From the NCBI GenBank assembly GCA_039591615.1, contig JBDHDH010000024.1:6017-70016 (forward strand): a stretch of DNA of 64,000 nucleotides. Direction: 5' to 3'. The DNA comes from Gemmatimonadota bacterium (GTDB taxonomy: Bacteria > Gemmatimonadota > Gemmatimonadetes > Gemmatimonadales > GWC2-71-9). How positions within the stretch are numbered: the stretch's first letter is position 1; each line of letters starts with the position of its first letter. A program made the position numbers and the translations under genes. The notes under the pieces are model-generated. The model saw only the letters and a list, made by a program, of their open reading frames with translations. It had not been told where the DNA came from and did no database searches. Shown in pieces: positions 1-9,421 of this stretch.

Positions 1-203
1 GTGATCGAGGTCCGCTAGATGCTGAAGTCATCGAACATGACCTCCTCGCGATCGACGCCTAGCCCGCCTGAATCTAACCTCCGTCGACGCGGGTCAGGTT
101 GGCTGGGTCTTGGGCGAGGACCCGCCGCGACTTGAGCTCTCCTCCTTCGCATATCATTTATAGGGTCGCTGGATGCAGATCCGAGTTCTCGGGAGGAGGT
201 CTC

Positions 204-500
204 ATGGACATGGACGGCATTGGCACCTTCGCGATGTTCATCGCCGCGGGCGGCGTGAGCGTCGGATGCATCATCCTGGCCGGGTTTCGTATGAAGCTCA
301 AAGCACAGCTCGAGCGTGAACGGATTCGCTCGGGCTCGACCGGTGCCGAGGAGGAAATCCGGAGGGAATTGCATGACGCCCTCGCACAGCAGCAGTCGCA
401 GCTGGACGAACTCTACGAGCGGCTCGACTTCACGGAGCGGATGCTGACGAGTGGTGGGCCGTCCGAAGGAGCCTCCTCGTCCGAGAGTGCGCCTCGCTGA
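204..500 (+). CDS. Small single-TM hypothetical protein with C-terminal coiled coil
   Basis: GGAGGAGG RBS at 192-199 before ATG 204; hydrophobic N-terminus; QQQSQLDELYERLDFTERML coiled-coil-like tail. ORF track start 99 is probably too long. Confidence 0.7.
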   Translation: MDMDGIGTFAMFIAAGGVSVGCIILAGFRMKLKAQLERERIRSGSTGAEEEIRRELHDALAQQQSQLDELYERLDFTERMLTSGGPSEGASSSESAPR

Positions 501-610
501 TAAGCCAATCACTTACCACCGGCACCCCACATTGCCCGTAATGCCTTGATGGACAACGGGTTTTCGGTGACGCCCATCCGCGTGACCCAGCACGTCGTTG
601 TGCCGCGCCC

Positions 611-697
611 GCACCGTTTCCGAACTTCTCCGAACACTTTCTTTCACGTTTCTGTAACCGGCCGCGACGATCCGGCGTAGGTTGTCGGGAACGGTGC
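611..697. promoter_or_regulatory. Candidate operator or leader structure upstream of the HTH-kinase-permease gene
   Basis: TCCGAAC direct repeat at 619-625 and 629-635; GCACCGTTTCCGAA (611-624) is a 12/14 inverted match to 684-697. Confidence 0.3.
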
Positions 698-727
698 CTC
701 TGACTCCCGCGACCCCGGGGGACCCCA

Positions 728-3700
728 GTGCGGATTCGTCTCAAACGTGACCCTCTGCTCGAGCTGATCGCCCGAAGCAACCGGAGTCAGAACCATTGGG
801 CAATCCGGCTCGGACTGTCTCGAGGACATTGGTCGGACATTGTGAACGGGAAGCACCCGTATCCCTCGGGCCGAACACGGGAGAAGCTGCTGGAGGCGTT
901 CGACGTGGCATTCAGCGAGCTGTTCGAGGTCGAGGCGAGCGCTTCGACCTTGCCGGACCACACTTTCCAGCGGGCCATCGCCGACCAGTATCTGATCGAT
1001 CGCGAGGTGGGTCAGGGCGGAATGGGAACCGTATACCTTGCACGGGACGTCAAGCTCGGTCGTTCTGTGGCCATCAAGGTGGTCTCCCCCGAGGCGGTGA
1101 GCGGAATAGGAGCCGAGGAGTTCCTCAGGGAAGTCGCCCACACGACTCGACTGCAGCATCCCCACATCCTTCCCATCTACGATGCCGGACAAGCAGCCGG
1201 AAGCCCGTTCTACGTCATGCCCTATGTCCGAGGGGGCTCCCTGCGGGATCTCCTCCAACGCCGGGGGCCCCTCGCGGCGGACGAAATGCTCGGCATCGCC
1301 ACCGGCGTGGCCGCTGCGCTGACCCACGCACACGACCACGAGGTGCTGCACTGCGACGTGAAGCCGGGCAACGTTCTTCTCTCCGGCCAGCATGCATACC
1401 TCTCCGACTTCGGTATTTCCCGCGCCATCTACACCGAAGCTTTCGGCCTCGCCCGTCGACCCAAGATCGACTCCTCAGCGGGCACGCCGGCGTACGTGAG
1501 CCCCGAGCAGGCGAGCGGCGAACGCACGCTGGACGCCCGCTCTGACGTCTACAGCTTCGGCTGCATGGTTTTCGAGATGCTCTCGGGCCGTCCGCCGTTC
1601 ACGGGCAACACCTCGTTAGCTGTCGTCTCGCAGCGATTCACAGCCGACGTGCCGAACCTCAAGGCGATGGCGCAACATGTGTCGCCGGCCGTGGCCGAAG
1701 CGGTGACGAGAGCAATGGCCTTTGATATGAGCCGGCGCACACAGTCGGCAGCGGCGTTTGTCGACGACCTCGAACGGGGTGCAGCCCACACGAAACCCGG
1801 GCTTCGTGCGCGCGCCGCCCTCGCTCGCGCTCGGGTGGGTAGTTGGAGTCGCCAACGCCTCGCCACGCTCATCCCCAAACTCAGACCTCCTGGGCTCAAC
1901 CAGCACAGCGCAGTAGGACCGATGCTCGATTCGTTGAAGCAGGATCTCGCTTATGCACTGCGCACCCTTGGGCGCGCGCCTGGCTTTGCGTTGCTCGTCA
2001 TCCTCACTCTCGGGTTCGGCATCGCGGCCAACACGACGGTGTTCAGCCTGCTCAACCCCTATCTCCTGCGACCGCTACCGTTTGGGGCGCCGGAGCGACT
2101 GGTCCAGATCGGACAGGTCGACCCCGTAACCGGGTGGGATGGTGTGCGTTTCTCACTTCCGCAGTTCTTGGACTGGCGGGAGCGAAGCAGGGCTTTCGAG
2201 GACGTGGCCACGTACACGTACACGTCGATGAACGTTACCGGACCGGAGGGGCCGGAACGCGTCCTGGTCAGCACCCTCTCGGGAAACATGTTTTCCGTGC
2301 TGGACGCCGAGGCGGCGCTTGGCCGCGTGTTTCGAGAAGGGGAAGATGGTCCGGCGGCGCCACGAGTGGCGGTTCTGAGTCATGGCCTGTGGAACGCCCG
2401 GTTCGGCGCAGATCTGCAGATCCTCGGTCGCACCCTCATGATCGACGGAACGGCGTACTCGGTGATCGGGGTAATGCCCAGGGGATTCGTCTTCCCGTTC
2501 GGTAGCGTGGATCTCTGGGTGCCGTTCGCTCAAGATCCCCGCGCCGAGGCGCGGGACAGAGACATCCATCTGATTGTCGGTCGGCTGCTGCCCGACTGGA
2601 CTATCGGTGGGACTCAAGATGAGCTCACGGCCATTCAGCGGGAGTTGGGCACGATCTATCCGGAGGTTGAAGGCAAGTACGTGGGTGTGAGTGTCACGCC
2701 GATTCGAGAGGCGCTGAACTTTGCCTGGGACCCGTTGCGGATCACCTTCGCCCTCATGTTGGCCGCCGTCGGTTTCGCTCTGCTCCTTGCCTGCGTGAAC
2801 GTGGCGAGCCTCTCGCTCGCCCGGGCCACCGCCCGGAGTAACGAGGTAGCGGTGCGTACGGCCCTGGGCGCCGGACGACGGCGCATCGTTCGGCAGTTAC
2901 TCACTGAAAGCGGACTCCTGGCCGTCGGCGGCGGCATGATTGGAATCGGGGTCGCGTACTGGGCGGCGCGAGCCATAGGGAGCGCCATTCCGGAGGATCT
3001 CTACCGCGTCGGCGAGTTCACGGTCGACGGCCGCGTGTTGTTGTTCACGCTGCTGGTGACGGCAATAACGCCAGTCCTGTTCGGTCTCGCTCCGGCGCTC
3101 TCAGCGACACGAACCGATCTCAGCGCTGTCCTCAAGGAAGGAGGTGGGCGGGGTTCTCTCGGTCTTCGCTCGATGCGGACACGGCGCATATTGGTCGTAT
3201 TCGAGATCTCCATGGCCGTAGTACTGGTGGCAGGGACGGGGCTGATGATCCGGAGTTTTCGGGCAGCCCAAAACATGAATCTCGGTTTCGACGTGGACCG
3301 GGCGCTCACCGTGGTCGTGACACCACCTGCGTCGGAATACTCTATCGAGCGGCTGGAAGACTACTATCGGAGATCGGAGGAGGCCCTCGCGAATCTGCCC
3401 GGGGTGCGGGCGGCAGGAACCGTGATGTGGCTACCCCTGAACCACGAAACGTCGATGCTCCAGTTCGCCCTCCCGGGGCAGGAACCCGCAACCCCAGGTG
3501 AGTGGCCCGTGGCGATCCAAAACCTGGCATCGGGTGATTACTTCGCCACGATCGGCATTCCACTGGTGGCGGGACGGACGTTCGATGCGACCGATACGCG
3601 GGACGCGCCGCCGGCCGTCATGGTGAGCCGAGCGCTCGCGGAGCGCTACTGGTCCGGCCACAGTCCAGTGGGACGATCGCTACTGATCGGCGATCCCGAG

Positions 3701-4345
3701 AGCCCAACGTCGGCCACTGTCGTCGGGGTCGTTGGGGACGCTCGCCACGAAGGCTTGGTCGATGAGGTGCGTCCGCAGATCTATCGGCCGCTTACGCAAC
3801 GGCCAAGCCGGCGACGGTTCTTCGTGCTCGCGACCGACGGCCCTCCAGCTTCCTTGACCGCTTCCGCGCGGCAGGCGCTCCACGGTGTGGACCCCAATCT
3901 CCCTGCTTCGGTGCGTCCCCTGCGGGATATCGTGAACGAGAATATGCTCCTGTGGTCGATTCCGTCGGTGTTGCTGGGCGTTCTCGGGGTCGGGGCACTG
4001 CTCCTGGCCGCCGTGGGCATCTACGGCGTGATCGGCTATTCGGTCGCGCAGCGCCGTCAGGAGATCGGTATCCGGATGGCCCTGGGCGCGAGCCGAGAGC
4101 AAATCCGACATGTCTTCGTGCAGGATGGACTCCGGCTCACCCTGGTGGGCCTCGGCGCCGGCCTCGTACTTGCGGTCGGAGCCGGCCAGCTGATTCGCGG
4201 GGTCCTGCTGGGGGTATCACCGTTCGATCCCGTCACCCTAACGGCGGTGCTAGTGGTATTCGCCGTCGTGGCGATTCTGGCGAGCTTCCTTCCCGCCGAA
4301 CGGGCGAGCCGTGTGGACCCACAACGTGTATTGAGGTACGAGTAG
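728..4345 (+). CDS. Fusion: XRE-family HTH + Ser/Thr protein kinase + ADOP (duplicated MacB-PCD/FtsX) permease
   Basis: N-terminal SQNHWAIRLGLSRGHWSDIVNGKHPYPS HTH; kinase motifs GQGGMG, VAIK, HCDVKPGN, DFG, GTPAYVSPE; then MLDSLKQDLAYALRTL...GIAANTTVFS and the two ADOP repeats (RSNEVAVRTALGAGR, RRQEIGIRMALGA). No internal stop. Confidence 0.9.
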   Translation: MRIRLKRDPLLELIARSNRSQNHWAIRLGLSRGHWSDIVNGKHPYPSGRTREKLLEAFDVAFSELFEVEASASTLPDHTFQRAIADQYLIDREVGQGGMGTVYLARDVKLGRSVAIKVVSPEAVSGIGAEEFLREVAHTTRLQHPHILPIYDAGQAAGSPFYVMPYVRGGSLRDLLQRRGPLAADEMLGIATGVAAALTHAHDHEVLHCDVKPGNVLLSGQHAYLSDFGISRAIYTEAFGLARRPKIDSSAGTPAYVSPEQASGERTLDARSDVYSFGCMVFEMLSGRPPFTGNTSLAVVSQRFTADVPNLKAMAQHVSPAVAEAVTRAMAFDMSRRTQSAAAFVDDLERGAAHTKPGLRARAALARARVGSWSRQRLATLIPKLRPPGLNQHSAVGPMLDSLKQDLAYALRTLGRAPGFALLVILTLGFGIAANTTVFSLLNPYLLRPLPFGAPERLVQIGQVDPVTGWDGVRFSLPQFLDWRERSRAFEDVATYTYTSMNVTGPEGPERVLVSTLSGNMFSVLDAEAALGRVFREGEDGPAAPRVAVLSHGLWNARFGADLQILGRTLMIDGTAYSVIGVMPRGFVFPFGSVDLWVPFAQDPRAEARDRDIHLIVGRLLPDWTIGGTQDELTAIQRELGTIYPEVEGKYVGVSVTPIREALNFAWDPLRITFALMLAAVGFALLLACVNVASLSLARATARSNEVAVRTALGAGRRRIVRQLLTESGLLAVGGGMIGIGVAYWAARAIGSAIPEDLYRVGEFTVDGRVLLFTLLVTAITPVLFGLAPALSATRTDLSAVLKEGGGRGSLGLRSMRTRRILVVFEISMAVVLVAGTGLMIRSFRAAQNMNLGFDVDRALTVVVTPPASEYSIERLEDYYRRSEEALANLPGVRAAGTVMWLPLNHETSMLQFALPGQEPATPGEWPVAIQNLASGDYFATIGIPLVAGRTFDATDTRDAPPAVMVSRALAERYWSGHSPVGRSLLIGDPESPTSATVVGVVGDARHEGLVDEVRPQIYRPLTQRPSRRRFFVLATDGPPASLTASARQALHGVDPNLPASVRPLRDIVNENMLLWSIPSVLLGVLGVGALLLAAVGIYGVIGYSVAQRRQEIGIRMALGASREQIRHVFVQDGLRLTLVGLGAGLVLAVGAGQLIRGVLLGVSPFDPVTLTAVLVVFAVVAILASFLPAERASRVDPQRVLRYE

Positions 4346-4459
4346 CGCGCAGTTACCGCCGCGCTGCTCCCATCGTCAGCCGATCGTTCCATCACGGGCT
4401 AGCGCAGCAGCAGCGGCTGAATCCGTCAGGTATTGATTCGCTCCCCGGCTGCCACCGGC

Positions 4460-4963
4460 TCACGAGCTCTCCGGACTCAGGAGACCGTGCACCATCATTC
4501 GATGGATCTGCCACGTGCCGTCATCCGACCGTTTCCACACCACCACGTACCGACCACGGTATTCGTCTGGTGGCGCCTCGTGGCGACCGCCGACCTCAGT
4601 GTATGTCCCGAACTCGTAAACGGTGTCGTCGTGGACCGTGAGCTCCGTGGTGCGATTGGTCACCTTGGTGAGCGTGAACTGCTCGAACATCTCGCTGGCG
4701 AATCGCTCAATGGCTCCACGACCACGGAAGGCGGCCATGCCGGGCTCCATCAGGATCGCGTCGTCGGTGAACATCGACGCCAGGGCCGGAGCATCGCCAC
4801 GCACCAAGATCTCACGGTACTCGCCCCAGCGGAGGGCGATCGTGTCAGCGATTGCCCAGGTGGAAGAACCGTCCACCTCAGCTGTTTCCGTCCGGATGCA
4901 CCCGAGTACCAACAGGGTCACCGCACCGCCTGCACTCAAGCGCTGAAACGCTCGTCGAGTCAC
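4460..4963 (-). CDS. NTF2-like/SnoaL (DUF4440/SgcJ-type) protein with signal peptide
   Basis: GDAPALASMFTDDAILMEPG...GRGAI and GRYVVVWKRSDDGTWQIHR are typical of the fold. Confidence 0.8.
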   Translation of the reverse strand: MTRRAFQRLSAGGAVTLLVLGCIRTETAEVDGSSTWAIADTIALRWGEYREILVRGDAPALASMFTDDAILMEPGMAAFRGRGAIERFASEMFEQFTLTKVTNRTTELTVHDDTVYEFGTYTEVGGRHEAPPDEYRGRYVVVWKRSDDGTWQIHRMMVHGLLSPESS

Positions 4964-6621
4964 TGCCTCCTAGCGTAACGTCGGACGTACGCTTCCGCCA
5001 CCACCACCTCGGGACGATCACCGTCGCCTTTTTGCGTAAGCGTGAGGTAGCGCATGAACCAATCGGCGGCGCTTTCGTGCTCTCCCAGCAATTGAGCCGA
5101 CCATGCCGCGCCAAAGAGGCTCCGTGCGCGGTTGGGCGCTGATTGGAGCACCGCTTCATACTCGGCGCCGGCGTCCTCATATCGCCACATCTCGATCAGG
5201 AGATCACCCAGGAGCTCCCGGGTCGGGACCACCGGAGGGGGGAGGGCGGGGTGAAACTCGAGGCTATCCTCCCGATCGGCCGCTTCCGCTGCGAGCAGCA
5301 GAGCACTCGTCGTGTCGCCTTGTGCGAATGCCACCCAGGCCGAGATCGCCAACCGCTGCGCCTCGGTGCGTCGGCGCCAAGGACCTCGCGTGTTCGGCAT
5401 CGATCGCTCGACGGCGAGCAGCTTTTCGAATTCGGCGCGGGTCGTCTCCAGGTCACGGTTGCGCGCCGCCCCGAGCGCTCGCGCGAACCGCGTCACGGCC
5501 TGAGCGGAGGGAGATCCTGACGCCTCGGGTTCCGGCAGGGTCGCCGCACCAGCCCAGTCTCGACGCTCCAATGCGTATCGCGCGGGAACAGCGGCGAGCA
5601 CGTGATGGGCAGGCTCGAGCAGGCGTGCGTCCGGAGCTCTCTCTTGGAGCCGCGCGAGCTCCTTGACCACCTTCCTGGCGTCGTTGTCACGACCTTGCTG
5701 GAGATAAGCGTACACGAGGAAGTCGAGCGCATGAACCCGAAGATCGTTTATCTCTTCTGCCTCCTCCGTGCTGTCCACCCCTTCACGAGACACTTCCAGG
5801 GAAAAGGTGTTGGCCTCGATCACCTCGTCCCACATTCCCAGCCGTGTATAGATATGTGACGGGATGTGTCGTGCATGGTCGGTCTGCGGTGCCGACCGTG
5901 CAAACCGGTGCGCCGCGTCCAGCCCGCGGTGTGCGAGGGCTGGATGATCGTAGATGTGAATGAGATAATGCGCGATGCCCGGATGAGCCGGATGCGATGC
6001 AAGGAGGCTGTCGAGCTCCGCACCGATCTCGACGCGGCGCTCGAGCGTTGTATCAGTTGCTATGGCATTCGCGGCAACTGCTCGAGCGTAGAACACCCTC
6101 GCCTCGAGATCGTCGGGATACCGCTGTGTCAGCTCACGCATCTTCACTTCATAGGTGAGCGAGCGCGCGCCGTGATCGTGCTGACCGGCGTTCCTGAAAT
6201 ACACCGTGACGGCTTCCAAGTATTCGCGCTCCCGCGGCGTCACAGCCTCCAGATTCGTGGCGCTGCTCAACAACGACCACGCTTCTCGTAGGTTCGCTTC
6301 CGGCGGCTCCCCCAAGAAAGGGTTCCCGCGGAGCGCCATGGCGAGCCCCCACTCGGCCATCGCGCACGTGGAATCTCGCACTGCGATCTCCCGAAACTCC
6401 TTGTCTGCTTCCTTCCACCTGAATGAGTGGAGGAACGAAGCGCCGCGCTCGAACTGCGCCTGACTCTCCGGCCTGCACGATATCGGAAACTGGACGCGGC
6501 CCAATTCCTCTCGCACCTGGACCGATTGGTCTTGTGCTTGGATCGGTCGTGCGAGCCCTGGAAGGATGGCGAGCGACAGCGCGCCAATCAGGCCAAAACG
6601 CATGATTCCGGGCGACGGCAT
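4960..6621 (-). CDS. Secreted TPR-containing protein
   Basis: Signal peptide after ATG 6621; LGRVQFPISC..AQFERG..FLHSF and HPGIAHYLIH...HARHIPSHIYTRLG motifs of a conserved TPR family; 4-nt overlap with the next gene. Confidence 0.75.
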   Translation of the reverse strand: MPSPGIMRFGLIGALSLAILPGLARPIQAQDQSVQVREELGRVQFPISCRPESQAQFERGASFLHSFRWKEADKEFREIAVRDSTCAMAEWGLAMALRGNPFLGEPPEANLREAWSLLSSATNLEAVTPREREYLEAVTVYFRNAGQHDHGARSLTYEVKMRELTQRYPDDLEARVFYARAVAANAIATDTTLERRVEIGAELDSLLASHPAHPGIAHYLIHIYDHPALAHRGLDAAHRFARSAPQTDHARHIPSHIYTRLGMWDEVIEANTFSLEVSREGVDSTEEAEEINDLRVHALDFLVYAYLQQGRDNDARKVVKELARLQERAPDARLLEPAHHVLAAVPARYALERRDWAGAATLPEPEASGSPSAQAVTRFARALGAARNRDLETTRAEFEKLLAVERSMPNTRGPWRRRTEAQRLAISAWVAFAQGDTTSALLLAAEAADREDSLEFHPALPPPVVPTRELLGDLLIEMWRYEDAGAEYEAVLQSAPNRARSLFGAAWSAQLLGEHESAADWFMRYLTLTQKGDGDRPEVVVAEAYVRRYARRQ

Positions 6622-6919
6622 AAGGCACCCCCGACTTTGAATGTGAACCCGGCTGTATCGACCGCACGGTGAGCGAGTCACAGGTGGGCGCCACCCTGTA
6701 ACCATCCGCCAAGAATATGCGTCTTACTCAAACGGACCGTGACGGGGGTCACATGGTTACGACGTGCAGCACGCCACTTCCCCGCATGACTCCGCAGGGG
6801 CGGCCGCGGCGAGGTCCCCGATGCGTCGCCGGGGCCCGGCCGGCGGAGCTGGGGCGCGTCTGGAGGAATCGCGGCCTGACTGAGCGCGATGCGGGGAGGG
6901 TATGCGACTGAGAGGCCTT

Positions 6920-8272
6920 TTACTGAAACAGGGCGACGACCAGGGGAATCGCCTGCCTCAGCGTCAGATAGAGCACGGCGAACAGCACCAAAGGGATCAC
7001 GGCTCGGAGGAGCCAGAGCCACCCGATCACCAACCGACCGAATCGAAAGCCGCGAGACAGTTCCTCGCCCGCTCCGTGTGACCAGACCCACCCGGTCAAC
7101 AGTGCCGTGAGCAACCCGCCCACGATGAGAAAGACCTCCCCCACCATTTTGTCCACGAAGGCGAGCCAGTTGGTGCTCAAGGCACCAGGGATACCGAAGA
7201 GAGCGATGGCGGCACCGGCCATGAGGGTCGTGCGACGGCGCGGCCAGCCCCAGGCGTCGATGACCCCGGCGACCACGACTTCCAGCATGACGGTGGCCGA
7301 CGTGAGCGCAGCGATGTACAGCGTAAAGAAGAAGACGGTAGCCACCAGCGTGCCACCTGTCTCGAGAGCGCTGAAGGCGCCGGGCAACGTAATGAACAGG
7401 GCACCAATCGGACTTGCGCCGACCTGCTCTTGCAGGCCCAAATGGTAGATCACCGGGAAGACCACGAGTCCTCCGACGATTGCGACGCTCGTGTCGGCGA
7501 GCGCGATCGTACCGGCCTGCCGCGCGAGATTACCGCGTCCCCGCTCCATGTAGGACGCCAGCGTGATCAGCCCACCCATGCCCAGGGAGAGCGAGAAGAA
7601 TGCTTGGCCGGCGGCGGCGGCGATGACGTCGGCATTCAACAGATCTTTCACGCTCGGTCTGAGGTAGAACCCGTAGCCAGCCGACGCACCGGACAACGTC
7701 GCCGCCCATCCGGCGAGGAGCACTAGTAGGAGAAACAGCACCGGCATTAACAGCCTCGCGGCGCGTTCGATCCCGGCTCGAATCCCAGCGGAGACGACGA
7801 GTACCGTGATGGCCATGCTGATGAGATGCGGGGGGACGGCGGAGGCGCCGGCGCTGATCTGCGCGAAGTGCGCAGCGGGGTCGGTGGGCAGGGCCCCTCG
7901 GACCGAGTCCAGCAGAAGTCGCGCCGTCCACCCCATGATGATGGAGTAGCTCGACAGCACGAAGAAACCCACCAGAACGAACATCCATCCCACCCATGCC
8001 CAACGGCGACTGCCGATCCGGGCAAGGGCTCGGATGGGGCTGAGCCGGGTGTGGCGCCCGATGGCGAGCTCGGCGGTCAGCAGGGGGAGGCCCACTACCA
8101 AGACGAAGCCCACGTACAGTATCACGAACGCGGCACCACCACCGCGAGAAGCGGTGTAGGAGAAGCGCCAGAGATTGCCGAGGCCTACCGCGGCGCCAAC
8201 GGCAGCGAGGAGGAAGCCCGCAGTGCTACGCCAAGATTCACGGTCGAGAGGTCGGGGCGGGGCGGAGCTCAC
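6920..8272 (-). CDS. Sodium-dependent transporter (NSS/SNF family)
   Basis: RESW...GFLLAAVGAAVGLGNLWRF..GGGAAF signature; AAGQAFFSLSLGMG. GTG 8272 overlaps the upstream stop (GTGA). Confidence 0.92.
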   Translation of the reverse strand: MSSAPPRPLDRESWRSTAGFLLAAVGAAVGLGNLWRFSYTASRGGGAAFVILYVGFVLVVGLPLLTAELAIGRHTRLSPIRALARIGSRRWAWVGWMFVLVGFFVLSSYSIIMGWTARLLLDSVRGALPTDPAAHFAQISAGASAVPPHLISMAITVLVVSAGIRAGIERAARLLMPVLFLLLVLLAGWAATLSGASAGYGFYLRPSVKDLLNADVIAAAAGQAFFSLSLGMGGLITLASYMERGRGNLARQAGTIALADTSVAIVGGLVVFPVIYHLGLQEQVGASPIGALFITLPGAFSALETGGTLVATVFFFTLYIAALTSATVMLEVVVAGVIDAWGWPRRRTTLMAGAAIALFGIPGALSTNWLAFVDKMVGEVFLIVGGLLTALLTGWVWSHGAGEELSRGFRFGRLVIGWLWLLRAVIPLVLFAVLYLTLRQAIPLVVALFQ

Positions 8273-8811
8273 CGAGCGCTGTGCTCTCCTGAACCGCGCC
8301 AGGTACCGCGTATCTGCTGTGTCAGTGCAGGCTCGAGTCCCATGAGACGCGCGTAGAGGGCCAGTTGGCCCCGATGATACATCTCCTGCGCGATCCCATG
8401 GTGCAGCCACTGTATCTTCGTGCCTTGTTTCCCGTCGAAGCGTCGCATGAACTGAAGGAGGAAGAGCTCACCGACTCGGCGAAAGGCCCTGGCCCCGTCC
8501 AGAACCTGCGACTGTAGAAGGGTGATGAGCTCACCTTTGGTGTTCGCCTCATACGCCGGACCCCCGTACATCTTCACCAACTTGGTGAAGGGTGCGCGCC
8601 GAAGATCGGTGTCCGCTCGCGTGAGCTCACCAGTCATCATCATGGACACCTCCAAGATGTGCTGCGCCAGCTCCCGAACCGTACGGCTCTCCGGAGTGGG
8701 GCGGAAATCGAACTTGTCGGCTGGGATATTGTCCAGTTCGGCAATGATACCCTCACGTGCGTCGCGCCAGGCTTCGAGGGTCTCTTCGAGAAACGACGGG
8801 CATCCCTCCAC
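8269..8811 (-). CDS. DinB family protein
   Basis: FDFRPTPESRTVRELAQHI ... QEMYHRGQLALYARLMG metal-binding His pattern. Confidence 0.85.
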   Translation of the reverse strand: MEGCPSFLEETLEAWRDAREGIIAELDNIPADKFDFRPTPESRTVRELAQHILEVSMMMTGELTRADTDLRRAPFTKLVKMYGGPAYEANTKGELITLLQSQVLDGARAFRRVGELFLLQFMRRFDGKQGTKIQWLHHGIAQEMYHRGQLALYARLMGLEPALTQQIRGTWRGSGEHSAR

Positions 8812-8904
8812 GGCGATCTCCTTCGGATCCGGGATCTCAGAATGGAAATCGAGGATACAAGAAAATAGCGCGGTCAGATCATCGACCTAAACCCACGATT
8901 GCCG

Positions 8905-9066
8905 TCAGCGAGCGCCTACCAGATGGCAACCGATGAACGCGAGGCTGTTCGTATCCGCCGCGACCCGCCGCTGTGCGAGCTCGTCAGTGACATCCTCCAG
9001 ACAGTTCATGAAGAGGCGCGTGTTGAGGCCGAGCAGCACGTCAAGAGGGCGGACGGCAGGGTTCAT
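8905..9066 (-). pseudogene. Truncated DinB-like N-terminal fragment (53 aa)
   Basis: ATG 9066 gives MNPAVRPLDVLLGLNTRLFMNCLEDVTDELAQRRVAADTNSLAFIGCHLVGAR, then TGA. Resembles a DinB N-terminal half (N-S-x-x-F-x-x-x-H). Below the ORF-track cutoff. Confidence 0.55.
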
Positions 9067-9076
9067 GGGCGGCTGC

Positions 9077-9421
9077 TCACGGCTTTCCCTTCGGGCGGAG
9101 TGAGCCCGCTAACACCGTCGCACTGCCGGCCAGGACCATTGGGAACAGCAGGGTGATGGCGAACACCCCCCAGCCTGGAAGGCCCATGACGGCGCCGACT
9201 TTGTTCCCGAGGTCGAAGACCGGACTGCCGACGGCTGCCCACGCCAGGAGGACGGCCCAACTCAACCCGGCGGCCGCAGCAGCTGTCGTGACCGGCCAGG
9301 TCTCCTTCGCAGCCACGAGTCCCCAGAGCCCACCGATGATCGGGATGGTCCACCAGCTGAGGGCGAGTGTCGCCAAGGCGAAGGCGACGAGCAGAATGGT
9401 CACACGCATGACGGCTCTCAT
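9077..9421 (-). CDS. Small multi-TM hypothetical protein
   Basis: ATG 9421 overlaps the acylase stop (ATGA); 3-4 hydrophobic segments. Confidence 0.7.
   Translation of the reverse strand: MRAVMRVTILLVAFALATLALSWWTIPIIGGLWGLVAAKETWPVTTAAAAAGLSWAVLLAWAAVGSPVFDLGNKVGAVMGLPGWGVFAITLLFPMVLAGSATVLAGSLRPKGKP

Noticed and set aside
15-512. Minus-strand 165-aa ORF
   Set aside because: It shadows the plus-strand gene 204-500, which has a strong RBS and a sensible protein pattern.
8887-8907. Selenocysteine or pyrrolysine readthrough joining two DinB parts
   Set aside because: Needs suppression of both TGA and TAG; the position is not a catalytic Cys; no SECIS-like hairpin recognised.
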